A stretch of DNA of 64,000 nt from an uncultured Cohaesibacter sp. (GTDB lineage Bacteria; Pseudomonadota; Alphaproteobacteria; Rhizobiales; Cohaesibacteraceae): NCBI GenBank assembly GCA_963676275.1, contig OY781091.1, positions 658,775 through 722,774 of the forward strand, read 5' to 3'. The notes under the pieces are model-generated. The model was not told where the DNA came from, searched no databases, and saw only the letters and a list, made by a program, of their open reading frames with translations. Shown here one piece after another: positions 54,011 to 64,000 of the stretch (position 1 is its first letter; the number at the start of each line of letters is the position of its first letter). A program made the translations under genes and the position numbers.

Positions 54011-54120
54011 TCAGGCTTTACCTCCTCCCAAAGCCTGATCCGATCCAAAACTTCCTCCTCCCGGTTTTGGATCCTCCAACGAAGCCCACCGGTCCTCCTC
54101 CCCCGGTGGGCTTTCGTTTG
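54011..54120 (+). ncRNA. cuckoo-type (CcsR/alpha-r14) sRNA with three CCUCCUCCC hairpin loops
   Basis: TCAGGCTTT-aCCTCCTCCC-AAAGCCTGA; GATCCAAAAC-ttCCTCCTCCCg-GTTTTGGATC; CGAAGCCCACCGG-tCCTCCTCCC-CCGGTGGGCTTTCG; downstream of DUF1127. Confidence 0.88.
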
Positions 54121-54253
54121 TTTGGAGCCCTGTTTGTGGCTCATTTTCCCTGAAAATTTCCATTGCCATCCCGAAATAGCAGGCTGCCGTCAGCTAAAGC
54201 CCGCTTTTCGCCCGGTTTCAGCTTGTCTGCCGTCGGGCCAGATGTGGATCGGC

Positions 54254-54290
54254 AAAAGAAAACCCGGCCAAGAAAGCTTGACCGGGTTTC
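54254..54290 (-). terminator. terminator after trxA
   Basis: Minus strand GAAACCCGGTCAAG-cttt-CTTGGCCGGGTTTTC followed by a T run. Confidence 0.65.
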
Positions 54291-54315
54291 GGGATGTTAA
54301 AGGATCGGCTGACAA

Positions 54316-54633
54316 TCAGGCGCCGGTTTCGATCCATTTGATCAGATCGGTTTTCGGTGCTGCGCCAACTTTCATGGCAACGGCTTCGCCGCCCTTGAAG
54401 AGCAGCAGGGTCGGAATGGAACGCACGCCAAACTGGGCCGCGGTATTCGGGTTCTCGTCCACATTCACCTTGACGATCTTGACGTCGCCACCCTTTTCCT
54501 TAGAAATTTCGTCCAGAATTGGCGCAATCATCTTGCACGGACCACACCATTCTGCCCAGAAATCGACAACAACAGGAACATCGCCCTGAACTTCCTGAGT
54601 AAAGGTTGCGTCGGTAGCATTTACGATAGCCAT
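54316..54633 (-). CDS. trxA: thioredoxin
   Basis: WCGPC active site; VRSIPTL. Confidence 0.97.
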   Translation of the reverse strand: MAIVNATDATFTQEVQGDVPVVVDFWAEWCGPCKMIAPILDEISKEKGGDVKIVKVNVDENPNTAAQFGVRSIPTLLLFKGGEAVAMKVGAAPKTDLIKWIETGA

Positions 54634-54764
54634 CTCTTGCCTCTTTTCAATGCGCCCCTTCCGACCTCCACAAGCGGACGGATCCGGGCTGGTTTTTTAT
54701 CAATATTCATTGATATCTGAATATTCTTCTGTTGCCATGAAGGTAGGTATTCACCTTTCCCACG

Positions 54765-57700
54765 TCAAGGAGCAATAGGTTGATTGACGCCAATCTCGTC
54801 GAGCGCAGATTGCCGCATTGCCTCTGAAATGCACATTATGCTTGGCGCGGCAGTCCACAGCAACAGGGTTTCTACAGTCTTTCCCGGATAAAGTGGCTGC
54901 AAAAGGCGTGCATAAAGAGCCATTTGGCTGCGATAGGCGAGGGGAGCCTCGGCCTCGGTCCTCGGCACAAGGCGATTCGTCTTATAGTCTATCACTATGA
55001 CCTTGTCCTCCCGCACCAGCAACCGGTCGATCTGGCCTGATACTGCATGCTCCTGTCCATTCACATGCACCATGCCGCTGATGGACAGCTCCGCCTGACT
55101 GTCGGCGCCGAACAGATCTGCAAAATCCGGTTGGGCCAGAAGCTGGAGAACTTCCTCCAATATGGCTTTGCGACTGGCAGCCGGCATGTCTTTGGCGACA
55201 TGCTCCAGATAGGCAAGACCTGCATTTTGTCTTTCAGAATCAGCGACTTGTGGCAGATGCTCGAACAGCGCATGGATGATGGTACCGCGCCGTCGCGGCT
55301 CCCAGTCATGCACCGGACTGCGGCTCTGCCCGCTGGCCACCAACTGCGGAGATCCATGTTCGCCCTCGATCCGCTCAGCCGCCTTTGATGGCTGCAAGAG
55401 GCTGACAGGGCTTGGAGCTTTGCTCGCCGGTCGCAAGGCCCAATCCGGTAGCTCGGACTGGGTGTCCTGATCCGTCTGGCTCGCTTGTGCTTGCGCCGCT
55501 TTCTCATGGAAGCGCCCTTCCAGATGCCAGCGATAGATCGTCTCCTCCGTCACCGGATGCGGCACTTCCTGCAATTGATCGGAAAGCGCCCGCCGCGTCA
55601 CCTCATACCAGCAATTCTCTGCCGGACCGCGCACTCCGGCAAAGCCGCAAAGATAAAGCCGGTCTTCTGCGCGTGTCATGCCTACATAAAGAAGGCGCAG
55701 ATATTCCTCCTCTGCATCCGCATCGAGTCTGGAAAGGCTCATGGCAACAGGGGAGGGCTGATTGGCCGAGGGCGCCTTCCAGGCCATTAGATTGGGGCTG
55801 CCATCGCCTGCATCCAGCTCTACCAGATGGGGGTGATGGCTGGCACTTGCCGGTTTGCCCGTGCCATCGATGAGGAAGACAACCGGAGCCTCCAGACCCT
55901 TGGAGCCATGCACGGTCATCACACGAATCTGGCCTTCTGCCGCGCCCATGTCGCGCTTGATCTCTGCTCCGCCCTGCCGCATCGAGGCGAGGAAGGCCTG
56001 CAGGTTTGGTGTCTGCTTTTTCTCGAAATCCAGAGCCCGTGACAACAGCTCGTCAATAATCTCGTCCGCTTCCGGCCCGAGCCGCTCGATGAAGGCGCGT
56101 CGCTTGCCTTCCGGCCCCAGAATCTGGGCGAAGAAATCAAACGGAGGCTGAAAGTCGACCTGCCCTTGCCAGCGGCTGAGATGGGCGAAAATATCGCAGA
56201 AATCCGCATCTTCCGGCCTGTTGGCTTCGGAGCGTTTTCGCAAGCAATCCCAAAGACTTGTCTTGCGCCCATGCGGATCGTGGGCAAGGTCGAAAAGGCG
56301 ATCGTCCGATAGCCCGAAAAGCGGACTGCGCAGCACAGCGGCAAGCGAGAGATCATCCTCGGGCAGCAGCATGATGTCGCCCAGAGCCAGTAGGTCCTGC
56401 ACCGCGATATGATCAAGCAGAGCGAGCCTGTCGGCACCCGCCACGGGCAAATCTGCCTCCTTCAGGGCCCGGTTCACCGCATTGACGAAGGCTCCCCGCT
56501 TGCGCACCAGAATGAGAACATCCCCTGCGGTTATCTTGCGCCCGCTGCCCTCCAGATGCTGACCGGTGTCCAGCCAGTGCTTGATGGTCCTGGCGATGGT
56601 CTTGGCCAGCCGCACCTGCGGATCGGCGTCTCCCTGAGCGTCGAGCGGCTTGGCCCAATCCTCGTCCATCTCCTGCTCGATCGGCTCATAGAGCGGCCAG
56701 ACCTCCACCAGACCGGGATCGCGCCCGCGTATCGGTTCATGGTCGGTCTTTTCCTTGTCCGAAGACAGCGCCTCATAGGTTGCGGCGACAGAGAAGACCT
56801 GATCGACCGATTTGAGCACATGCGGTGTTGAGCGGAAGGAAAGCCTCAGCTTGATGTTATGAAAGGGTTTGCCCGCCGCCACGGCCTTCTTGCGGAAGGC
56901 TTCCCGCATGTCGGCGAACCATTTGGGCTCTGCGCCCTGAAAGGAATAAATCGACTGCTTTTCGTCACCAACGGCAAAAATGGTTCGATTGACATCCCTT
57001 GCGCTGTCGCCGGAGAAAAATTCTTCTCCCAACTGCTGGATGATTTCCCATTGATAGGGGTTGGTATCCTGCGCCTCATCAACCAGAATATGGTCAATGC
57101 CCTGATCCAGCTTGTAATGCACCCAGGCTGCTGCCCGTACCGGCCGCAGCAACTGCGCCGCCTTCATGATCAGATCTTCAAAATCCATAAGCCCCCGCGC
57201 CGCCTTGGCGCGCTGATAATAGCCGATGACCCCTTCGGCCAGCGTGAAGAGCGCACGGCTGACCTCCAGCGTTGTCAATGCATTGCGTTTGTCAAACAGG
57301 GCGTCAAGGCGCACCTGTTCCCGCTCGATGGCATCGCCAAGCCCCGGATCACTCTCCAGCATCTTTTTCGAAGCCATATAGGAGAGCGATTTTGCCGCTC
57401 CGTCTTTCTTGCGAAAAAGCTCCAGCCAGAGAAGGATCTGCTCGCCAACTGGCGGACGGGCAACAAGCGCCCGCATCAGCGCGGCCTGTGCCTTGTCGCG
57501 CTTGCCGCCAGTTTCAAACAGCGGCGCCAGTTCGCTGATATAGGCGGCGGGGAAGTGGGGGCCGAAGGGAATCTCAGCTTCCAGCGCTTCCATGCTGTCG
57601 CTGGCCGAGAGACCCAGCGCGCGGGCGAGATTGGCAATGGCTGCCTCCAGTCCCGCCGAGCCACCGCCGACTGAGGAAATTTCGCTGCTTTCCATGAAAC

Positions 57701-58325
57701 GGCCAAAGCCTTCACGATCATGCACCAGTGAAATGAGGGCATTCTGGATATCCATATCGCCCATATGATCGACCAGCAGCGACAGCGCCGCCGTCCAATG
57801 CGGGCGGGTTTCCAGCCTTGCGGCGCGCATCACATGAGCAAGGGCGGCGGCCTGAATGTCGGCGGCGAGCTGATCGTCGAGAATCTCGAAATGCGCCGGA
57901 ACATTGGCCTCCAGCGGGAACTGGTGCAAAAGCCGCTCGGCGAAGGCATGGATCGTCTGGATCTTCAGACCACCCGGCGTTTCCAGCGCACGGGCAAACA
58001 GCCGCCGCGCCCGCTGCAATTGTGCCTCTGTGGGGCGTTTGCCATCCAGCTCATGAAGCTCGCCGCGCAAAGCCTCGTCAGAAAGCTCGGTCCAGCCACT
58101 CAGCAGCTTGAAGACCCGGTTCGACATTTCCGCAGCCGCTGCCTTGGTGAAGGTGAGGCAGAGAATCTTGGACGGTTCGGTGCCTGCGAGCAACAGCCGG
58201 ATGACGCGCCGCGCCAGCACGAAGGTCTTGCCCGAACCGGCATTGGCGCTGACCCATGCGGAATTTTCCGGGTCGGAGGCGCGGGCCTGCGCGTCTTTGG
58301 TTTCCTGAGGGATTTGCATGGCCAT
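54765..58325 (-). CDS. addA: double-strand break repair helicase/nuclease AddA
   Basis: ANAGSGKT, TFTKAAA, LVDEAQD, VGDEKQSIY, MTVHGSKGLE and DYKT motifs. Confidence 0.96.
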   Translation of the reverse strand: MAMQIPQETKDAQARASDPENSAWVSANAGSGKTFVLARRVIRLLLAGTEPSKILCLTFTKAAAAEMSNRVFKLLSGWTELSDEALRGELHELDGKRPTEAQLQRARRLFARALETPGGLKIQTIHAFAERLLHQFPLEANVPAHFEILDDQLAADIQAAALAHVMRAARLETRPHWTAALSLLVDHMGDMDIQNALISLVHDREGFGRFMESSEISSVGGGSAGLEAAIANLARALGLSASDSMEALEAEIPFGPHFPAAYISELAPLFETGGKRDKAQAALMRALVARPPVGEQILLWLELFRKKDGAAKSLSYMASKKMLESDPGLGDAIEREQVRLDALFDKRNALTTLEVSRALFTLAEGVIGYYQRAKAARGLMDFEDLIMKAAQLLRPVRAAAWVHYKLDQGIDHILVDEAQDTNPYQWEIIQQLGEEFFSGDSARDVNRTIFAVGDEKQSIYSFQGAEPKWFADMREAFRKKAVAAGKPFHNIKLRLSFRSTPHVLKSVDQVFSVAATYEALSSDKEKTDHEPIRGRDPGLVEVWPLYEPIEQEMDEDWAKPLDAQGDADPQVRLAKTIARTIKHWLDTGQHLEGSGRKITAGDVLILVRKRGAFVNAVNRALKEADLPVAGADRLALLDHIAVQDLLALGDIMLLPEDDLSLAAVLRSPLFGLSDDRLFDLAHDPHGRKTSLWDCLRKRSEANRPEDADFCDIFAHLSRWQGQVDFQPPFDFFAQILGPEGKRRAFIERLGPEADEIIDELLSRALDFEKKQTPNLQAFLASMRQGGAEIKRDMGAAEGQIRVMTVHGSKGLEAPVVFLIDGTGKPASASHHPHLVELDAGDGSPNLMAWKAPSANQPSPVAMSLSRLDADAEEEYLRLLYVGMTRAEDRLYLCGFAGVRGPAENCWYEVTRRALSDQLQEVPHPVTEETIYRWHLEGRFHEKAAQAQASQTDQDTQSELPDWALRPASKAPSPVSLLQPSKAAERIEGEHGSPQLVASGQSRSPVHDWEPRRRGTIIHALFEHLPQVADSERQNAGLAYLEHVAKDMPAASRKAILEEVLQLLAQPDFADLFGADSQAELSISGMVHVNGQEHAVSGQIDRLLVREDKVIVIDYKTNRLVPRTEAEAPLAYRSQMALYARLLQPLYPGKTVETLLLWTAAPSIMCISEAMRQSALDEIGVNQPIAP

Positions 58326-58327
58326 GA

Positions 58328-61300
58328 CTATTCCTCCCCGCCCTGCTGCGACCATTCCTTGACGCGGGCCAGATGATCATAAGGGCTCTCGAAGCGCTCG
58401 AACATAGGCCGGGCGCGGGAGGGATATGTCTTGGCCGGATCATCATAGGCGCTGATCAGCGCAAGCAGGCGTTTGCCGATCAGATCGACGATATCCTCGG
58501 CGGCATAATCCTTCTCGACGCCGGGCTTGCGCTCTCCTGCCTTGCGGCCACCGGAAAGGCGAATCCATGCCATATCGCTGACCTCAATACCGCGCGGGAT
58601 TTTCTCGAAGCCGCCCAGTCTGGCCATATAGCCCTCAAGCGCCAGCTGCGGGGCAAAGCCGGGCAAAACCTGCTTGGCGGAAGGTGGCTGTCCGGTTTTG
58701 AAATCGATCACCTCAAGCATGTCCTCGCTGGTGATGTCGAGCCGGTCGGCGCGGCCGCGCAACACGAAATCGCCTCCCCTTACGGGCAGGGTGATGCGGC
58801 CTGAAATCTCGGCATGACGGCCGGAAATTCTGCCATCGCGCTCCGCTTCCCATTCCAGCACGAACCAGCGGGCAATCCGCTCGAAACGCGGCCACCAGAA
58901 GGCAAGGAGATCGGGGAAATTTTCCCACTGCGCAAAAGCTTCACGGCCCATTGCGAGTAGGCATTCAACGGCACTTTCATCAAAGCTGCCGGTCCATTCC
59001 TCGGTGAAGCGCCCCAGAATATCGTGAATGATCGAGCCTTTTTCCGCGCCGCCGGGGGCCGAGCCGATCGGGTCGAGATCGCGCAAGCCCAATACATGCT
59101 TGGCATAGAGGGCGTAAGGATCGCGCACCCATGTTTCGATTTCTGTGACCGACAGCGAACGGGGGCGGGCCTCAAGAGGAGGGCATGGGGCAGGGCGTTC
59201 GATATTGATCTGCAAGCGCGGCGCATCCAGTTGACGTGCCCAGCGGGTCAGCTGATCGCCCCTTTCATGCATGGCCTCGCGCGCTTGCGCTCCGGCCACC
59301 GCCTCCAGCCTTTGCAGCCAGCGGCTGGGAACGCTTGGCTCGCCCCCCATCTTGACGGCGCGAATGAGCACGACTTCCCGTCGTCCCATCGCCTGAGCAA
59401 AGTCATGGGCGGCCAGCCCGATCCGGCGCTCGGGTGGCTCCAGCTTCATCTGTGCGCGCATGGGCCGGGAAAGCCATGCATCGGTCTTGGTTTCTGCTGG
59501 CCATGATCCTTCATTGAGCCCGCCAATGACAACGCGGTCGACATCCAGCAGCCGCGCTTCCAGAGTGCCGAGCAATTGCAGGCGTGGGTCGCCCTTGCCA
59601 TGAGAAAGCACCGTTTCGCCGGACATCATGGCCACCAGAAACGGCTCCAGATCCTGTGGCTCCAGATCAGAGGCAATGGCGGCAGACAGGGAGGCACGGT
59701 CAAAGAAATCCTGCATGGAGCGTCCGGCGGCCTCGTCATAAAGCCTGTCGGGTGCCCCATCCTTGTCTCGCGCCACCGCTTCGAGCGAGGCAATAACCTC
59801 TTCAAGCCATTTGGCAAAGGAGGGCGGCTCGTCAGCCTCGATCAGCGCCAGAAGCGGGGCAATGCCGTTGGTTAGCCTTTCAAGCAGTAGGGCGGTAATC
59901 GGCCAGATCTCGGGCAATGCAATCTCCGCCCCAAGCTTCTGCTGTTCCCTGTCTCGCTGGCGGGAAAACTCATCGAGCAGGGGTTTTAACCCGTCGCCAA
60001 GACGCGGCCCGCGCAACACGCGCAGCTCAAGAAAGCGGGCAGCCCGACGCACATCGGCACGCGGCATAGCGAAGGAGGCCAGCGGATGCTTGAGCAGCGA
60101 GAGCAGTTTGACCGGATCAAAGCCGCTGATCACGCAATCGATCATCAGGCGCATCAGCAACGCAGGCGGCGTTTCCGCCAGCGGCATCCCGGCGGTGTCT
60201 TCCACCTCGATGCCCCAGCGTTTCAGCTCCAGAAGAACCCGCCGCGCAAGGGCGCGATCTGGTGTGACAAGCGCGGCACGGGCATCGGGCCGTTCCAGCA
60301 CCTCGCGCAGGGCAAGCGCGGCGATGCGTGCCTCTTCCTGTTCGTTGCCAGCCTCGGCCAGAGCGACCCCTTGCAGAGCGCGGGCCCTGTCCGCAGGCGC
60401 TATGGCCTGAAGGCTTGATTGCCAATGCTCGGTCGTTTCCGCCGGACGCAAGGCCTCGCTGACCAGCGTCTCGCGCAGGGCCAGATCAGCCTCGACATCA
60501 GCCAGCGCGATGACGTCATCGCGCCGGAGCGCCATGCGGTCGAGCAACTGTTTGAGGTTGAATTGCGGATGGCCAGCCGCCGGTTCGCTCTGGCCAATCT
60601 CAGGATGCAGATGGCCGATCGCCTGCCAGCTTTCCTCGTCAAGGCTCATATCAAGTCCGGGCAGGATCAGCGCGCCTTTGGGATGGCGGGCAACCGCCTC
60701 CAGCAAATCGGCAGTGGCCGGAATCGACCCCGTCGACCCTGCCGCAATGACGGGGCCGTCATAGTGCCTGATGGCCATGATTTCGGCAGCGAGCACTGCA
60801 TTGCGCCGCTGCACCGGATCCACGAGCCCCAGCCCCTTGAGATGCTCGGGCCATGTGGCTGTGGCAATCTTGAGAAAATCGAGGCTCATCTGCCAGAAGG
60901 CGCCATAATCCTCGGGCACCAGATTGTCCAGATAGGCCCAGTCGGACCTTTCACGATGCACCGCATCAATCAGCGCCAGAAGGTCAATGGCGAGATAGGC
61001 GGCATCGGTCGGCCGACCGGAGACATGCAGCGGCTGGTCAGGTCCGAGCGCCAGCACCTGCCGGGCCACGGTTTCGGCCCAGTGATGCACCAGCCGTGTC
61101 ATGGTCAAGCGCCGCTCAAGGCTGTCCATCGCCGTGGGCAGACGGCGGAATTCATCGCCTTGGCTGGCCGCCACCTTGAAGGGCAAGAGATCTTCTTCGC
61201 TGTCGCCGATAACATGGATTTTGGGCAAAATGGCGCTTTTCCAACCCCGCTTGAGCATATGGGGAAGGAAGGCTGCCTTGAGGGCATCCGCCGTTCGTCT

Positions 61301-61450
61301 TGTGGGAACATAAATGATTGCGCGGCCAAGATCGGAGGGATTTTCCGCACTGAAACCCGCAACGAGCCTGCCCTCGATCAGCGCATCGATCAGAGCGGGC
61401 AGAAATGAGCAGGAAGGAGAGATGGTAAAAACATTTGCTGCGCCCTGCAT
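58328..61450 (-). CDS. addB: double-strand break repair protein AddB
   Basis: AGSTGSIPAT, SVTEIETWVRDPY, GRADR, DFKTG and QLALE motifs. Confidence 0.95.
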   Translation of the reverse strand: MQGAANVFTISPSCSFLPALIDALIEGRLVAGFSAENPSDLGRAIIYVPTRRTADALKAAFLPHMLKRGWKSAILPKIHVIGDSEEDLLPFKVAASQGDEFRRLPTAMDSLERRLTMTRLVHHWAETVARQVLALGPDQPLHVSGRPTDAAYLAIDLLALIDAVHRERSDWAYLDNLVPEDYGAFWQMSLDFLKIATATWPEHLKGLGLVDPVQRRNAVLAAEIMAIRHYDGPVIAAGSTGSIPATADLLEAVARHPKGALILPGLDMSLDEESWQAIGHLHPEIGQSEPAAGHPQFNLKQLLDRMALRRDDVIALADVEADLALRETLVSEALRPAETTEHWQSSLQAIAPADRARALQGVALAEAGNEQEEARIAALALREVLERPDARAALVTPDRALARRVLLELKRWGIEVEDTAGMPLAETPPALLMRLMIDCVISGFDPVKLLSLLKHPLASFAMPRADVRRAARFLELRVLRGPRLGDGLKPLLDEFSRQRDREQQKLGAEIALPEIWPITALLLERLTNGIAPLLALIEADEPPSFAKWLEEVIASLEAVARDKDGAPDRLYDEAAGRSMQDFFDRASLSAAIASDLEPQDLEPFLVAMMSGETVLSHGKGDPRLQLLGTLEARLLDVDRVVIGGLNEGSWPAETKTDAWLSRPMRAQMKLEPPERRIGLAAHDFAQAMGRREVVLIRAVKMGGEPSVPSRWLQRLEAVAGAQAREAMHERGDQLTRWARQLDAPRLQINIERPAPCPPLEARPRSLSVTEIETWVRDPYALYAKHVLGLRDLDPIGSAPGGAEKGSIIHDILGRFTEEWTGSFDESAVECLLAMGREAFAQWENFPDLLAFWWPRFERIARWFVLEWEAERDGRISGRHAEISGRITLPVRGGDFVLRGRADRLDITSEDMLEVIDFKTGQPPSAKQVLPGFAPQLALEGYMARLGGFEKIPRGIEVSDMAWIRLSGGRKAGERKPGVEKDYAAEDIVDLIGKRLLALISAYDDPAKTYPSRARPMFERFESPYDHLARVKEWSQQGGEE

Positions 61451-61619
61451 CTCGCTCTCCTAGCCGCTTGCCTTCGCCCGATATCCGGCAACAGGCCGGG
61501 CAGATCGCAGCGAAAGCTGATCGAGGCAATCAGTTGGCCGCGCTTCTTGGCCAACTGATTCATTCAAGGGGACATTTGAGAATAGATTGCCTCAAGACGC
61601 AAGATGCCAGAGGTGCAAA

Positions 61620-62363
61620 TCAGGGCAGGCGTCCACCGGTGGCGCTTTCCGCCAATGCGCGTTCGGCATAGCGAATATCCTTTGGTGTGCCGACATGAAG
61701 CCAGGTGCCATCCATGATAAGGCCGAAAAGGCGGCCTTCTTCAATCGCCTTGTCAAATTCGACATTGAGCGAGTGCTTCTTTTTCGACGCATCCTTGAAC
61801 ATCCGCGGATGCATGATGGCCGCGCCGCTATAGACATAGGGCGACACCTCATGCGCCTTGCGGCGGCGCAGGCGGCCATAGGGATCGAGCAGAAAATCGC
61901 CCCGACCCTTGTAGCCGACGGCTGTTACGGTTGGCGCCAGCAGCAGCAGCGCGTCCATCTCGTCGTCTTTCCAGTAATGGGCCAGCAGATCAAGATTGTT
62001 GACCGAGCCTTCCATCCAGAAACTGTCCGAATTGAGCAGATAGAAAGGCTCCTCGCCCAAATGTGGCAGGGCATTGACGACACCGCCACCGGTTTCCAGC
62101 AGCGCGTCGCGCTCATCGGAAATGACGATCTCGAAACTGTCATGCTGTTTGACATGAACCTCGATCAGGTCGGCCAGATAATGCACATTGATCACGGTGC
62201 GTTCGACACCTGCCTTTTCGAGAGCCGAGAGCGGACGGTCAATAATCGCCTTTCCTGCCACCGGGATCAGCGGTTTGGGGGTAATGGCAGAGAGAGGGCG
62301 CATGCGTTTTCCCATTCCGGCTGCGAGGATCATTCCGGTTTTGGGGCGGTTGAGCGTGGTCAT
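61620..62363 (-). CDS. nucleotidyltransferase (MurU-like)
   Basis: ILAAGMGKRMRPLS..TPKPL, LETGGG and WLHVGTP motifs; start uncertain. Confidence 0.88.
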   Translation of the reverse strand: MTTLNRPKTGMILAAGMGKRMRPLSAITPKPLIPVAGKAIIDRPLSALEKAGVERTVINVHYLADLIEVHVKQHDSFEIVISDERDALLETGGGVVNALPHLGEEPFYLLNSDSFWMEGSVNNLDLLAHYWKDDEMDALLLLAPTVTAVGYKGRGDFLLDPYGRLRRRKAHEVSPYVYSGAAIMHPRMFKDASKKKHSLNVEFDKAIEEGRLFGLIMDGTWLHVGTPKDIRYAERALAESATGGRLP

Positions 62364-62504
62364 GGTATCGTCCGTGCTTTGGTCGTTATTTTCCCCCGAT
62401 GGTGCAACAGGAATCACCGGGGCTTGGCTGTGGTTATCATTTTGTGCTCTCCATGTCTGCAAGTTACCGAGAGCAGGGTAAATAGTCTTGCCTTGATGTC
62501 TGTC

Positions 62505-64000
62505 TCACCCCGGAGGCATCAGCTTTTCGGCCTCATACCATTGCTTGAGAGACCCAAGCGATGGATGCTCCATGCTTCTTTGCAGATAGAGAAGGCTGCG
62601 CGGCACATGCGAGAGATAGTGGGGCCGTCCGGCCTGATTGGCCGCGCGGGCAAAAGCGCCCAGATTCTTCGATATGCGTTGCGCTGCGCAAAGGTGATAG
62701 TCCCTGTCGAAATCGGCTGCTTGCGCTTCGTCAAACCGGCGCAGGGCGCGATAATGTTGCAGCATTCTTTTCTCAAGGGCCGCCGGGATGGTCACGCGGG
62801 CATCCATGCAAAGGGCGGACAGATCATAGGCTTCAGGGCCGATCAGGCAGTCCTGAAAATCGATGAAGCCAATGCGCCCGTCTGTGCCCTCATTTGGCAG
62901 CCAGAAACAGTTGGGATCCTGCACATCGCGCAGGACGAGAGCCTTGTGGCTTTGCTCCAGTTGTTCCAGATGCGGCGCCCACAGAGCTTTGAAGGCGGCT
63001 CTCTTTTCATCCGGACAGGCGTGTCCGCGCACATGCGGCCAGTAATGGTCCAGAAATACGTCCAGCTCCACCTCAAAGGCGGCTCTCTCATAATGGCTCA
63101 AAAGATGCTGCCCACCGCTGCCGGAAAAGTGGGCAGGAAGCGGCTTTTGATGCAAGTCTGCCAGCGCCGTGACGGTCGCCAGATAACGGTTGGCGACCGG
63201 ACTCTCAGGCCCTTGCGCAAGGGTCATGGCGCCAAAATCTTCCCATAGCATCAGCCCTTCTTCGAGCGAATAGCCGAAGCGGGCGGGAACCCTCAGCCCC
63301 ATTGCTTCCAGCCCCTCACAGACCGTCAGCATCGGCGCAAGGGAGGTAACCCGATGGGCAACCAGATCATAAAGCCGTCCATCCTCAAGCTTCGGGCCGG
63401 GATCGCGTGCTGGCATATCCATCAGGATCGCCACATCGGTGCTGTTATCCGCATCGGACGGGATTTCAGTCTCGCAAGAAGCCACGCGGTAGACCCGGTC
63501 ATAGCTGCGCGGGGAGAGGTCGGAGGCAATCGGCTTGCGCTGACCATTTTCCCAGCCTGAGCGGATGAGCAATTGCCGCTTGGCGCAAAGGCGGGCGAGC
63601 CGCTCCTCCCAAAGCGCATCCCCGCTCAGGGTCAGGGACCGGGCATCATCCACCTTGGAAGGGGAGAAAGAAAGCCAGAGGGCGGAGGCGGGAATCAGGC
63701 CATCTGCCCTGTCGGGCCATTCCACAAGCGCTGCGCCACTTTCCCAGGCTTCTTCAAAGCCGATTTCATACAGCTCTTCGCTGTCGCTGATTCGATAAAG
63801 GTCGAAATGGGAAATTTCCAGACTATCCTCACCCGATGCGATGTCATAGCCCTGCACCAATGTGAAAGTCGGGCTGGGCACCTCCAGCAGGGGATCAGCG
63901 GCGCGGGCGCGCAACAGGGCGCGGGCAAAGAAGCTCTTGCCCATGCCCAGATCTCCCTCAAGGGCAATCACATCGCCAACCCGCAACAGGGGCGCCAGAT
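62505..64000 (-). CDS. tsaE: TsaE ATPase fused to AmgK-like aminoglycoside-type phosphotransferase (5' end beyond the window)
   Basis: GDLGMGKS, VPSPTFTLVQ and HFDLYR motifs, then SPRSYDR, WEDFG, RDVQDPN and DFQD. Confidence 0.88.
   Translation of the reverse strand, partial: LAPLLRVGDVIALEGDLGMGKSFFARALLRARAADPLLEVPSPTFTLVQGYDIASGEDSLEISHFDLYRISDSEELYEIGFEEAWESGAALVEWPDRADGLIPASALWLSFSPSKVDDARSLTLSGDALWEERLARLCAKRQLLIRSGWENGQRKPIASDLSPRSYDRVYRVASCETEIPSDADNSTDVAILMDMPARDPGPKLEDGRLYDLVAHRVTSLAPMLTVCEGLEAMGLRVPARFGYSLEEGLMLWEDFGAMTLAQGPESPVANRYLATVTALADLHQKPLPAHFSGSGGQHLLSHYERAAFEVELDVFLDHYWPHVRGHACPDEKRAAFKALWAPHLEQLEQSHKALVLRDVQDPNCFWLPNEGTDGRIGFIDFQDCLIGPEAYDLSALCMDARVTIPAALEKRMLQHYRALRRFDEAQAADFDRDYHLCAAQRISKNLGAFARAANQAGRPHYLSHVPRSLLYLQRSMEHPSLGSLKQWYEAEKLMPPG

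Overview
Alphaproteobacterial chromosome segment. The aroA-cmk-rpsA-sppA-ihfB, trpFBA-accD-folC and tsaE/amgK-murU-addBA-trxA gene orders point to Hyphomicrobiales/Rhizobiales; a Cohaesibacter-like genus is my impression only. A tRNA-Ala(GGC) at 38020-38095 splits the window. The right part (about 38-64 kb) is conserved housekeeping DNA plus a DUF1127 small protein and a cuckoo-type sRNA, both missing from the ORF track. The left part (1-38 kb), on the 3' side of the tRNA, is a patchwork of accessory modules: (1) enteric-type rhamnose genes with an AraC regulator and a PL10 pectate lyase fused to a copper-amine-oxidase-N-like domain; (2) LysR/OYE/VOC/SRPBCC/hydrolase genes; (3) a nitroreductase/acyl-CoA ligase/atypical thiolase operon; (4) an alpha/beta-galactoside ABC operon; (5) a divergent sulfatase+anSME // GH3-MFS-TauE-TetR locus with a repeated palindromic operator; (6) an AT-rich three-gene cluster next to the tRNA encoding a 4-TM coiled-coil protein with an HTH-like tail, a lipoprotein and a leaderless multi-domain peptidoglycan hydrolase. 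Module 6 is the best candidate for an undescribed system. No integrase, transposase, CRISPR array or rRNA was recognised. All calls come from motif recognition by eye; no database searches were run.
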